Virus record (IMG/VR): IMGVR_UViG_3300021400_001091
Location: 32,517 to 96,516 of that record
Reading direction: 5' to 3' (one strand)
Source of the DNA: a virus
Taxonomy: Duplodnaviria; Caudoviricetes
DNA: 64,000 bases
This document shows positions 1-10,700 of this stretch, piece after piece. Both the position numbers and the translations under genes were made by a program. The notes under the pieces were generated by a model. It was not told where the DNA came from. It ran no database searches and was given only the letters and a program-made list of their open reading frames with translations. Positions within the stretch are counted from its first letter, which is position 1; every line of letters begins with the position of its first letter.

Positions 1-1
1 G

Positions 2-340
2 TCGAATTTGGATAACTGCTATGTTCTTTTCCGCTGCCTTGAAAAAGTCAAAATTGAGGGTGTCTTCTTGAGTTAAATGAACTGTTGCTTGACAATAAGA
101 GGTATCGTCTTCTGGTTCTACAACATTGGCGTCGTTGCTACCAAAAGAATCCCCACTGTTTTCATCGGTGATGAAGCCATTGGAGTCGTCGTTTGTAATA
201 TCTTCCAGCGTAATCTGTTCGCCGGTCTTTTCCACTTTCATCTGACCATTTTGGATATAAGTGATGTAGATATCGCTTATATCTGCGGTTGTGAATGGTA
301 GGATAAAACTATGGAATGGTGTTGTTCCTCTCATTATCAT
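2..340 (-). CDS. Conserved phage hypothetical protein (MxRGTTP family), runs off the window
   Basis: Not in ORF track. Hand translation MIMRGTTPFHSFILPFTTADISDIYITYIQ...VHLTQEDTLNF...IQIR, open to the window edge; GGGGG SD and CTACTTA motif upstream. Confidence 0.75.
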   Translation of the reverse strand, partial: MIMRGTTPFHSFILPFTTADISDIYITYIQNGQMKVEKTGEQITLEDITNDDSNGFITDENSGDSFGSNDANVVEPEDDTSYCQATVHLTQEDTLNFDFFKAAEKNIAVIQIR

Positions 341-376
341 TGTATATTAACCCCCTTGTAAATCCATTTCTCTTAT

Positions 377-410
377 TAAGTAGAAAATAGAGTGAGATGG
401 TATGTATTTG
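377..410 (-). promoter_or_regulatory. Putative late promoter (CTACTTA core)
   Basis: CTACTTA at 377-383 (minus strand); the same core precedes other late genes (14662, 15092, 54074). Confidence 0.5.
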
Positions 411-417
411 TGGGAAA

Positions 418-450
418 TAAATAGAGGCTTAGTTTATAAGCCTCTATTTA
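418..450 (-). terminator. Intrinsic terminator after receptor-binding gene
   Basis: 14-bp stem taaatagaggctta/taagcctctattta directly after the stop at 452. Confidence 0.8.
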
Positions 451-451
451 G

Positions 452-3400
452 TTATGCAACTCTCATTGCTCGTATAGAACCATTTATAGTTATATCATCA
501 CTTGAAGTAATCGCAGTATATGAAGATATTTGAATAGCTAAAACAGTATTATCTGCTGTCACTTCATAGCAAACACAAGTGTTTTGTCTACCTACCATAC
601 TATTTGGCGAGAAATAAACGGTTGATCCACCAAGTGTTACATCTCCAGTTGTATTACGTATTCTAATTCCAGTTCTAGCCGTCCAACCTGATTCATACCC
701 TGCATTTCCTTGAATAACCCAAGAGCCTTTACTTAGCGTTATAGTGGCAAGTGTAGTCCAAGTCTGTGCAGACAATGTAGTTTTTGAACCACTTATTAAA
801 TCTGTTGTATAACCAATTTGTGAGGTATGGTTATTAATATAAATACTTGATCCATAAATAGGAACATTAGATGTTATACGATCATTATAAACATAAAATT
901 TTCCTTTCCAATCTGGAGTGGCCAATGTCGTATCCCAAGTTCTCAAAGCGTGATAACCATGAGCATCATAATATATGTTATTTTCTCCAAGATAATCCGC
1001 AGCAACAATTCTTGTTTTATTTTGTGGGCTACTATCTCCACTATTAAGATATATAGAATGACCTTTTGTTAGTTTTAAGTCACTACTAATTGTTGTCGCG
1101 CCGGATACAGTTAAAGTATTAGATAAAGTTGTTGCACCAGATATATCTATTGTACTTCCTAAAATATTAGTTTTATAATTGTTTGAACCGATATTAATAT
1201 AATTTACTTTATTATCATTTATAGTATCTGTAACTGACCCTATCATTGGCATTGTAACAACATTACTAGAATCTGAATTGTCTACTCCATAAATTGAAGT
1301 ATTAGTTAACAAATAAATTGGTAAACCAACTTTAAACTTATCATATTCAGCTGGTGCCCCAAAAGCAATTCCATGGCCTGGTTCAGTTGCGGTATAATAC
1401 TTTTTATTTTGTTGAGGTGTTAAATCCGCAGTTTGAATGTATTTTTTTTCTGCTTCAATTTTAATATAGTCGTCATCTTGTAAAAATTCTGCTACATAGG
1501 TAATACCTATACTTGCTAAATCTATGTTAGAACTATAGCCTCCATCTCCCGTCGTACCACTCCAACCAGGAGTGGTAGTAGAATATGTAAATTCAAGTCT
1601 TATTCTATCAAACGAATAATTTTCACAAAAAGTATCTGCATTAACGCTAACACTAGTAATATTTTCGCTATAAGTTACACTTTTAATAGAATTGTTTTCA
1701 TACAATACGACTCCGCTAGGAAAACCACCGCTTACATCAGCTTCATTATATTCAACTTGTCCATAAATATCCATTATAAAATAAGCCTTTGATAAGAAAG
1801 TGCTTTTAGTTGAACTAGTATAGGTAGTTTCTGAAGTAGTTTCATCTATATATATACTTATATTATAAGCCTCATCTTTTGAAAATTGACTATAATCACT
1901 CCCATTGCTTTGTATTATCCAACTTATTTCTCCACTGTTCCCAGTTAATTGCTTATCATCAAAAGTTATACCAGAAGGAAGAGATGGGTTATCAATTTCT
2001 ATATGTGCCGTTGCAGATGTAACACTAGAATCTAAAGCCCAGCCAACAGTTAATAAAGCATAAGTACCCTCATCATCAGGCTGTTCGTTTTGATCAGCAC
2101 GTATTACATTCAATTTAGTAATTTGTGGATTTTGATGCGCAACTTCCCATTGAGCATATAAAGTTATAGAAGCATTAGCTGAATAAACCTGACCGGGGGA
2201 ATAACTGGTTCCAGTACCATCACTTTCTGTATTCCATCCTGTAAAATTATGGCCACTTCGTGTCGGTATTGAAGATGTTAATGTTAGGTTTACTCCATAA
2301 GTTTTTGCTTGTGTTGCAGGAGGATTGCTACCCTTATTTGCATTATAACTTACAGAATACATTTTTACTTGCCATTGAGCATATAAAATTAAATTTGCAT
2401 TTGCGCTATAAGTAGCTGCTCTATTATAAGAGGTACCACTTCCATTAGCCGCTGTATTCCAATTTATAAAATCATGCCCTGGCCGTGCGGGTGAATTGGT
2501 TGCTAAAGTTAAATTCACTCCATAATTTTTTGTCTGTTGAGCGGGCATATCTGTAACAGAAGTTCCATTTGGATTATAAGAAACAGTATATGTAAGCCTT
2601 TCCCATACAGCATACAATGTATCATTACTAGATAAAGAAATCGTATCTCCAGCAGAATATTTGGCACTAGCAGCACTACTTGAAGTATTCCAGCCTAAAA
2701 ATTTATATCCTGTTCTAGTTGGTTTAGTAGCTGAAATTGTAAAGGTGTGACTTTTTGTATCATTGTATACTGTATATGAACTCGCATTTGGCGCGCCACT
2801 ACCTCCATTAGCACTATAAGTAAGGGTGATAGTTTTTTTCCATAATGCATATAAAGTATCACTAGCATTTTTAGTGTAGTTACCTTCTAAACTATAACTT
2901 TTTTCTGTCTGTGTAGAAGTGGTTCCCCAACCAAATAAAGTATAACCACTCTTAGAAAAATTTGTACCCTTAAATAATGTTAAAGTTTCTCCATACCATT
3001 TAGTTTGCTTATTAGTAGATCCAGAGTTTGTTCCTCCATTAGCATTATATGTTACTGTATAAGAGGGTTTAGCACCAGGATTAAAAGTTGCCGTATAATC
3101 AGAGGTTCCAGCTGTGACCCCAGGGTGTCCATCTACCGTTACACCATAAGCACTAACTTTTACTTTAATAGTTTTAGAGCTATGACCACGTGGAATTTTA
3201 ATTGTTTTTGAAACAGACGCATCAGTAGTAAAACTTGTACTATAAGAAATGACACCCGTATCTGATCCAGTGGTATACCCAGAATATCCCGATGTATCAC
3301 CTGTTACTTCAACAAGTACTTTAATTCCCCAGCCACTCAAATGTTGAGCTTGCGCGCGACCAATCCATTTTAACACATAGGTACTATCTGTACTACTGTC

Positions 3401-3490
3401 AGTATCCCACTCAAGTTGCGCCCTATACTGTGCTGAACTTCCATATTGAGACATAGTTCTTATGTCTCCATTTTTAACGCCTGTTGACAT
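452..3490 (-). CDS. Tail fibre / receptor-binding protein with four InlB B-repeat (Listeria-Bacteroides repeat) domains
   Basis: 1012 aa, S/T-rich; four YTVxYNANGG...PTRxGYxFxGWNT...LYAxW repeats; GIAFG motif; C-terminal beta-rich domain; located after Dit/Tal. Confidence 0.8.
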   Translation of the reverse strand: MSTGVKNGDIRTMSQYGSSAQYRAQLEWDTDSSTDSTYVLKWIGRAQAQHLSGWGIKVLVEVTGDTSGYSGYTTGSDTGVISYSTSFTTDASVSKTIKIPRGHSSKTIKVKVSAYGVTVDGHPGVTAGTSDYTATFNPGAKPSYTVTYNANGGTNSGSTNKQTKWYGETLTLFKGTNFSKSGYTLFGWGTTSTQTEKSYSLEGNYTKNASDTLYALWKKTITLTYSANGGSGAPNASSYTVYNDTKSHTFTISATKPTRTGYKFLGWNTSSSAASAKYSAGDTISLSSNDTLYAVWERLTYTVSYNPNGTSVTDMPAQQTKNYGVNLTLATNSPARPGHDFINWNTAANGSGTSYNRAATYSANANLILYAQWQVKMYSVSYNANKGSNPPATQAKTYGVNLTLTSSIPTRSGHNFTGWNTESDGTGTSYSPGQVYSANASITLYAQWEVAHQNPQITKLNVIRADQNEQPDDEGTYALLTVGWALDSSVTSATAHIEIDNPSLPSGITFDDKQLTGNSGEISWIIQSNGSDYSQFSKDEAYNISIYIDETTSETTYTSSTKSTFLSKAYFIMDIYGQVEYNEADVSGGFPSGVVLYENNSIKSVTYSENITSVSVNADTFCENYSFDRIRLEFTYSTTTPGWSGTTGDGGYSSNIDLASIGITYVAEFLQDDDYIKIEAEKKYIQTADLTPQQNKKYYTATEPGHGIAFGAPAEYDKFKVGLPIYLLTNTSIYGVDNSDSSNVVTMPMIGSVTDTINDNKVNYINIGSNNYKTNILGSTIDISGATTLSNTLTVSGATTISSDLKLTKGHSIYLNSGDSSPQNKTRIVAADYLGENNIYYDAHGYHALRTWDTTLATPDWKGKFYVYNDRITSNVPIYGSSIYINNHTSQIGYTTDLISGSKTTLSAQTWTTLATITLSKGSWVIQGNAGYESGWTARTGIRIRNTTGDVTLGGSTVYFSPNSMVGRQNTCVCYEVTADNTVLAIQISSYTAITSSDDITINGSIRAMRVA
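2140..3061 (-). repeat. Four tandem InlB B-repeat domains (~75 aa each)
   Basis: Repeats end LYALWKK, LYAVWER, LYAQWQV, LYAQWEV. Confidence 0.85.
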
Positions 3491-3492
3491 TT

Positions 3493-4677
3493 TTATTCTC
3501 CTATATATTTCAAAGATAAGTTTCCATTTTCACGCGGAATAAAAGCAAAAGCTCCAAATTGTAATTTATTAAGTATTGTAGCGTCTGTAATTTCTAGCGC
3601 TTGGTTAGAAACTGAAGCAACTTTATTATCTCCTTCTAAAAATTGTAACTCTGTATTAGTTATTTTAACAGAAGATGTAGAGTCTTTTGAAGCTTTAATT
3701 TGTAAAGCAGGCTCACCATCTTCAGTACCGAAGGTCATACTTCCTAAAAGTTGTCCTTGCTGATCTACAACCGTAGCAGTTAAAGCCTCTATAGATTCTA
3801 AACTGCCACCTAAATTATCAATATTTTGATTTAGTTCATCAATTAGCTCGGTAGCTCCAGAAATATCTAAAATAGTATTAGCTGCTGTTGCACTTATTGA
3901 TAAACTATCTTCAATTGTAACCTCACCAGTTAAAACTGCACCATGAGCATATAAAACTCCTGTTGTATCTACCGCAAAATTATCTCCTATTGCAAATCTT
4001 AAATTTTGTTGTAAAGCTTCATTAATTTCCCTATTAAAACCATAGTCAGCCAATGTAATACAACCACTACTTGCTCTATAATAAGTTTTTCCCGAATTAA
4101 TTGTTATATCTGATGTTAATATATATTTAATATTTTTTTTATAATAGATTTTACCGTCTATAACTGATGTGTCTTCAGTAAGTACATATTGTCCACTAAT
4201 TAATTCATATAACTCTAATTCATGAGGGTTTTCTTCTTCTGGAACATCAAATGGAATATATCTTTCTTTTCGTTCATACCAATAGTATTGAGATGGATTA
4301 ACATCTAATCCAGTAGTAGTAACTTCTACAAAATCTCCTTCAAATACAATGGCTCCATCTTCAATATTAAAACCGCCACTATCAACTTTAGCAACAACCT
4401 CTCCAATTGGATTATAAAAAGCAAGACCACCAGCCGTAAAAGAAGCTAAATTCAATAAGCCGTTTCTTAACCAAACTCCATTTGATCTTGTTAGAATATA
4501 TCCACCAGAAGGACTAGCTTTAAATTCTTTAATTGGAATTTCTGTAATATACGCCCCGCCTGGTAAACCAGTTGTTTCACCTTCTGCTGTCCACCAAAAA
4601 TGTTGAGTATTGAGGGTGTCTGTTAAATCAGTAATCGTAATCGATCCATGTCCTACTTGTGCCATTTCACTCTCCAT
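3493..4677 (-). CDS. Minor tail / baseplate protein
   Basis: 394 aa; N-terminal GSITITDLTD and C-terminal FAFIPRENGNLSLK typical of siphophage tail-tip proteins; position between Tal and the fibre gene. Confidence 0.65.
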   Translation of the reverse strand: MESEMAQVGHGSITITDLTDTLNTQHFWWTAEGETTGLPGGAYITEIPIKEFKASPSGGYILTRSNGVWLRNGLLNLASFTAGGLAFYNPIGEVVAKVDSGGFNIEDGAIVFEGDFVEVTTTGLDVNPSQYYWYERKERYIPFDVPEEENPHELELYELISGQYVLTEDTSVIDGKIYYKKNIKYILTSDITINSGKTYYRASSGCITLADYGFNREINEALQQNLRFAIGDNFAVDTTGVLYAHGAVLTGEVTIEDSLSISATAANTILDISGATELIDELNQNIDNLGGSLESIEALTATVVDQQGQLLGSMTFGTEDGEPALQIKASKDSTSSVKITNTELQFLEGDNKVASVSNQALEITDATILNKLQFGAFAFIPRENGNLSLKYIGE

Positions 4678-4704
4678 TTATAAATAAATACTTCCTCTAC
4701 TTTA

Positions 4705-4733
4705 ATTATAACAGAAAAAGTATAAAAAGTCAA
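4705..4733 (-). promoter_or_regulatory. sigmaA/sigma70-type promoter
   Basis: TTGACT-17 nt-TATAAT with extended TG, upstream of the gene starting at 4677. Confidence 0.8.
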
Positions 4734-4739
4734 ATTTAA

Positions 4740-4780
4740 GGCTAAAGCGTAATTTCTCAACTACGCTTTAGCCATTTTTT
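4740..4780. terminator. Hairpin / probable terminator after Tal
   Basis: 12-bp stem ggctaaagcgta/tacgctttagcc; T-run is better on the plus strand. Confidence 0.6.
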
Positions 4781-4790
4781 ATATAGATTC

Positions 4791-7700
4791 TTAAGGTTCC
4801 AGCTCAGACTCCGATTCAGATTCTGAAGGTTCTGGTTCCTCTTTTTCGCTAACTGTAACTTCAGCTATTAGTTTACCATTAATCATCTCTTCGGTAAAGT
4901 AAATTATTTTATCATTAGAGAAAGGAATAGTTGTTTGATCACTATAATTCCATTGATAATCATAAATGAATGTTACTAAATTCCATTTCCAGTCATCTGA
5001 TTGGTAATAAGTTTTTCCAGGATTAACTCTAACGTCTTCAGTTTCTATATAGCCATCTTCTGTTAATTCATACCAACCATTTTCACTAGGATTTATTGTT
5101 ACTCTATAATACGTTTTTCCCTCTTCTGCAACCATATCTTCTGTTTTTTCGTAGTCTTCTTCTTCTTCATTATATTCATATACATCAAATCCTAAACCAA
5201 CTAAACTATCACCAACTTGTACATCAATTACTTCATATCCATTTAAATTTTCTATTTCTGCCCACGCAGTAATTTCACAAGTTTTTGGAAAAGCTCTTTT
5301 TGGGCTATTTGGTGTACCAACTTCTGTCTCAATGAATACGAAAAATTCTCCATTCTTAGGATGTCTATCTCCAGCAAATGCTTCATAAGTTTCTCCAAAA
5401 TTTGGACTATCAGGAATTGAATCTATCTCTTCTTCTCCGCTATAAACTTTTGCATAAAGTAATCCATCAGAATATGGATCAACTATTTGAGTCCCCATTG
5501 TAGAAGAAACTAACACAGTTAAAGAACCTTCTATTAAATCTTCCCAAGTGGTTGCATTACCATCATCATCAATATCATAGATTAAGTCTTTTGCACTAAT
5601 TTCTAAACGCTTTGCACCGTTTGTATCCGTATAGAAAGCAAGATATTGTTTTCTATCACCAATATACATATTATTTGTAAATATACCTTGACTTCCCGCC
5701 ATTTGTCTATTATAAATATCTGATACAAGAGTCGTACCAAGCGGCGGCAGTGTACCAAGAATACCTTTATAATCATAAGATACTTTAACCGTTGCCTCTG
5801 GATGAATATTAGATTCGAACAAACTAATGGCGCGCTCTGGTAAGCCGACATAATTATCTGAACTATTTATTCCAATTCCATAATTGTGGCGCCCGTTTTC
5901 ATAAGATTCATTATTCTCATCATATCCGAAGCTTATTAACGCGCCGCCAATTAAATCATCAATTGAAGAAGAAGGATAAGTATCATCACTGACTGAAAAC
6001 TCTAAAACAACTTCTTTAGGAATATAACAATAAACCTTATAAGATACTGGAGTCGTATCTTCAGTAAGTATATAAGTATCTGTTAAAACGTCATATTCAT
6101 AAAGACCTAATGCGGCAGGATTATCATTAGGAGATATATCATAAATTTCATAAAGATCTGGTAAATATGCTCTAATATTAGTAGTTGGTGTGGACTCATT
6201 ATAATTAGTAATAATATAGTTCTCAGAAATAAGAGTTAGTTGATCATCAATTAAAACAGGAGTATCTCTATAAGCAACATCAGTAAAACTAAAAACATAA
6301 GCATGGTTTTCAATTAAAGTTAAATCATAAGTAGCGGTATACCAAGAAGTATTTTCTTCTTTTGTGAAAGTAATTGGCTGTAATTCTGTTTCTTCTTGTT
6401 CTTGCTCCTCAATTTGTGGTTTTTCAAAATACAAACCAGCATTTTCTAAAATCAAACCATTTAAATCTGTTGTCCCTTTTATTTTATAAATATGAGATAG
6501 ACCACCGTTATCTATAGAAGCGTTAGCATTACTTAATTTAACCCATTCATAAAGTCTAAACAATTCTGGTTGTTCAACTAGAACAACTAAATCATCTTCG
6601 TCGAAAAATACTTCATTAATTGTAGAACTTGGTCTGAATAAAAATGCTCCACCAACTGCCTCAATTTCACTATATTCAAATACAGCAGTTTTAATCGCTC
6701 CACGAACTGATACATTATTAAATATTGCATCGCCAGATGCATCAATAATCCATCCAGTAGAAGTATTATGTAAATAATTTGAAGAAAATATTGCTGGCTG
6801 TTCAGACTCAGCATCAATCATTATAAATTGATCTTCGCTTCCAACTTGAATATTTCCACTAAAATCTCCACCAGTAGCATTTATTCGTCCCGTAATAGCA
6901 ATATTACCATCGTCATTAGTAGTAAAAACAGGTTCACCACTGTCGTTGTAGATATTGATCCCATACTTTGTAGGAACTCCTTCACTATCTTTTTCTAAAG
7001 CACCAATTTTTATTTTTGTAACTGGAACAAGATTTGAACTACGTAAACTGCGGCCAGCCGAAGGAAGTAATCGTATAACTTCAAAATCATTATCTGAAGT
7101 AAGACTTACATAACCATTCGTGTAGCTATTCTTAATTCTAAAGCCATCCCAGGTTAAACTAAAATGCGCCGCGTCAATAACCTTGTTTAACTCATCATAG
7201 ATATAAATTGGATTGCCATATTCATCTTCCCCATGTTTAACTCCATAAATTCCAAATCTATCCATACGAACAAATGAAGTTAAATCATACCCTTCAGTAC
7301 CATCGCCGCCATATGCGTTTAATCCCGCCTGATCCCAACGGAAGGAAGTGTTATTTCCATCCATAATCTGAATGTTTTGAGTATTAATAGTACCAGCTGT
7401 AAGTGAATCAGTAGTAATACCATTAGCATTTACAATATTCTTCCATGACTTGCCGCCATCAACAGAAGCGTATATTCCACTACCAGCAAGCTTTACTAAA
7501 TTAGATTGTGCTTGTTGATCCTGTGCAATAATACCGGTATCGTCAATTTTAATGTATGGACTAATTGGATATGCATTACCTACAAGACCACTAAGTGATT
7601 TAGAAAGTAAATCTTTATTGATTGTTCCATTTTTGTCCAAAATTTTTGCAGCTCGAGAATAGCTTGATTCATTATATTGGACTGATTGTACAGTTGCACT

Positions 7701-10700
7701 AATGCGTTGGAACAAATCTTCAAATTGAGTTTTATAATTTTGAACAGTAATTACATTAGCTGAAGGATCATCTAAATGCCATTCAATTTCAGAAAGAATT
7801 ACCTCTTCTTGAACTGGCGTATAAATTTCAACAATATCATTACCAACTGAAACTTCATCAACAGTCCAGCCAAAGAACTCTGTATCTTCTACATAGGTTT
7901 TATCGCCTATTGCAAAAGTATATCCCTCTAGCCCTTCAATTGCACTAACTTCTGTTACATTAATTGTATATGTAATCTGCGGCTTAGCTGAAGTGTGAGC
8001 AACTTGTAAGGCATCGAAATAGTAAAGATTAGAGTCAATATATGAGTCCTCTTCCCAAGTACCTTCTTGTATATATTGACGATACTTACGCTCAAAAGCA
8101 TTAATAAGTTCTTGTTTTTCTGCTATTTTTTCATCAATTTGGTCTTGATAACCTTTATACTGCGCCTGAGCTGCTTCAGTTGGTACAAGAGCAAATTTTC
8201 TAACCATTCCTTCATCAGCAGCTTCATTATAAATTTTAAACGAGCCAGTAGTTACTTTATCTTTCTTTCCTGTATCTATATGAGTATATTCAAACAAATA
8301 ATTCGTTGGAACATTCTCAATTATTAAATAAGTACAAGGACTATTGGTTAAGAATTCAAACTCTTTATCATTTAAAGAAGTAGTGAAAGTTTTCTCATTA
8401 TCTTCACTCTTTAAAGTAAACTTAAGTCCTTCAATATAATCACTTACTAAAACTTTTGCTTTATAAGTTGTAGATGCGTCATCATCCTGTGTATCTTGCG
8501 TTTCAGGCTTTGTTGTAGATACAGTTATCGAATATTCTGGGACACCATTAATTAATAGTTGTAACCTTTTATATTCTTCATTAGCTGATGTCTCTGGACC
8601 AGAAACATTATTTAATAAGCTTTGCGCTGCATATAACGCACCAACTGTTTCCATCAAAGTTTCAGCTTTCTTTTCATCATCAAATTTTTTCCCAGTAAAA
8701 TTAGCATATGAAATTCCGGCAATTTCTTCAAAGTCATCTAAGGCTTCATTATACTTATCTTGCGCCGCTGCAATAGTTTCTGCATATACATTAGCCTGAG
8801 ATTTAACATTTATTAAAGCATTATTTGCAAGTGCTAAATCAGATGAAAGCTGTTGTATTTCCTCATTCAAAGGCCCAACTTGCTCATAAAGATTGTTTAA
8901 ATCTCTATTATATTGTTCTTTATCTCTAATAAGCCCTTTCTGAACATAGTAATCTAAGTTATAAATAACTGACTCTCTTAATGGATTAGAATCTGCATAA
9001 GCTATACTAAGAGTTCCATTCTCTGCATAATCACTTGCCGTTTCAGCTACAATAAGTTTTGTTACAACTTCATTACTATCAACTGTTCGACTTATTGAAT
9101 TTAAATTAATTCCATATTTAAATCCTGCAGAATTTTCTTTACCAACATATTCTTTAAAAGAAATTTTCTTAATTGGTTTATGGTCTTTGTCAAGCTTAAT
9201 CGCACCGTTACGCTCGTGTTCTACAGTTATTTTAAGCCAACACTCAAAAGTCTCACAAAGGGTTTGGAGTATGTTAAATATATTAGATTTAGATTCTTCT
9301 ATTGAAAGAATTTTTTCACAGTTTTCATTGTAAACTTGTTGTATTAAATCTGGCTCAATTCCTAAATCACTAGCTATATCTTCAAGTGAAGAATAAGTAT
9401 TCATTGAAGAAACTTGTGTAGAATTTTCGGGTTTTAAGTAGTAAAGTTCTCGATTAGTAATAAGTGTTGATGGTGCATTACCTGGAAGAATTATATTATC
9501 TTCGGTATCTCTTAAAACCTTAAAAATTTCTACATCACCAAAATATCTATCTACACCATCTGTGGTACCAATAAATATACCAATATGTATTGTTGGATCA
9601 GTAAGTTTTTCATTAGTAACCGTAACCTTCGCATTAGCTGTAGTTATATATGTATCTAAAAACCAGTTTGGATTACTTACAGAATAACTTACATAAGTTG
9701 AATTATTTGGATTCCATATATAATTCTTCTCCACCTCTTGATTATTTTGTTTTTCTATATTGACATAGATATATTTTAAAGAAGGTGCTTGAGGTATATT
9801 GTCAATAGTATAAACAGTTTTATTAGTATTGAGTTCTCCACCAGTAATTTTGTTTAGTGAATAATCAAACGGTGTTTTAAATTCAAAAATTATATCATTA
9901 TCTGTAAAAGTTTTTACATCGGTTGAAGTTCCTTCTACATCTTGTTTAACAGTCTTATAATAGGCAACATATACTTTAACATTACTATAATTAGTATCTT
10001 TTATTGGTTGCCCATTAGCATTAATTTTACCAATCCTCATTCTAAAAGCATATTCTTCGCCTTTAGAAATACTATCAATTCTTCCACCATAGTCCATAAA
10101 ACCGCGGTTAAAAACAAGGTTTTTATATCCTGTAGAATCACTAGTAATTGGAGCATGGGTTGATACCTTTAAATAAGAAGATAACTGATTCATTTCCTCT
10201 AAAGAAGCTAACTTTGTATTCGTATCAATAATTGGATAAGAATAAAGTTTCGCTTCGGGTTTCTCATCTCCAGTAAAAGCAACAAAGTCATCCCAACCAG
10301 TTACCTTTGCATTATCAACTATTGCAAAGTCATTTCCATTTGTAACTACAGAAGTAACAACAGAACTTGTATTATATTCAGTAGTAACAACCTTATATAT
10401 ATCTTGTGTCCCATCGGTATAGTTCGCCCGATATACATCTACATATTGACCCATAATTGGATCGTATACGGCGCGCGGTTGATAAACTAAACGATAAGCT
10501 TGGTTTGCATAATATGGAGTTTTATCAGACTCAAATAATGAAGTACCGTCACCTTGATAACGATAATTTGTACCAACTATTGTATCATTATCATCATATT
10601 TCCAAGATTCTTTATCAGAATCTCTTAAAAACTGTACGTTAGTATAATCTTCATTAGAAACATAGCTATAAAAAACATAAAGTTTTTCACCCAGTTCTAT

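Noticed and set aside
77-301. Plus-strand 74-aa ORF
   Set aside because: Shadow of the minus-strand MxRGTTP gene (2-340), which has an SD and a recognisable motif
452-900. Diversity-generating retroelement target at the fibre C-terminus
   Set aside because: No reverse transcriptase and no near-identical template repeat seen in the window
4794-4845. SESESESE repeat at the Tal C-terminus
   Set aside because: Short low-complexity tail with mixed codons, not a DNA-level tandem repeat
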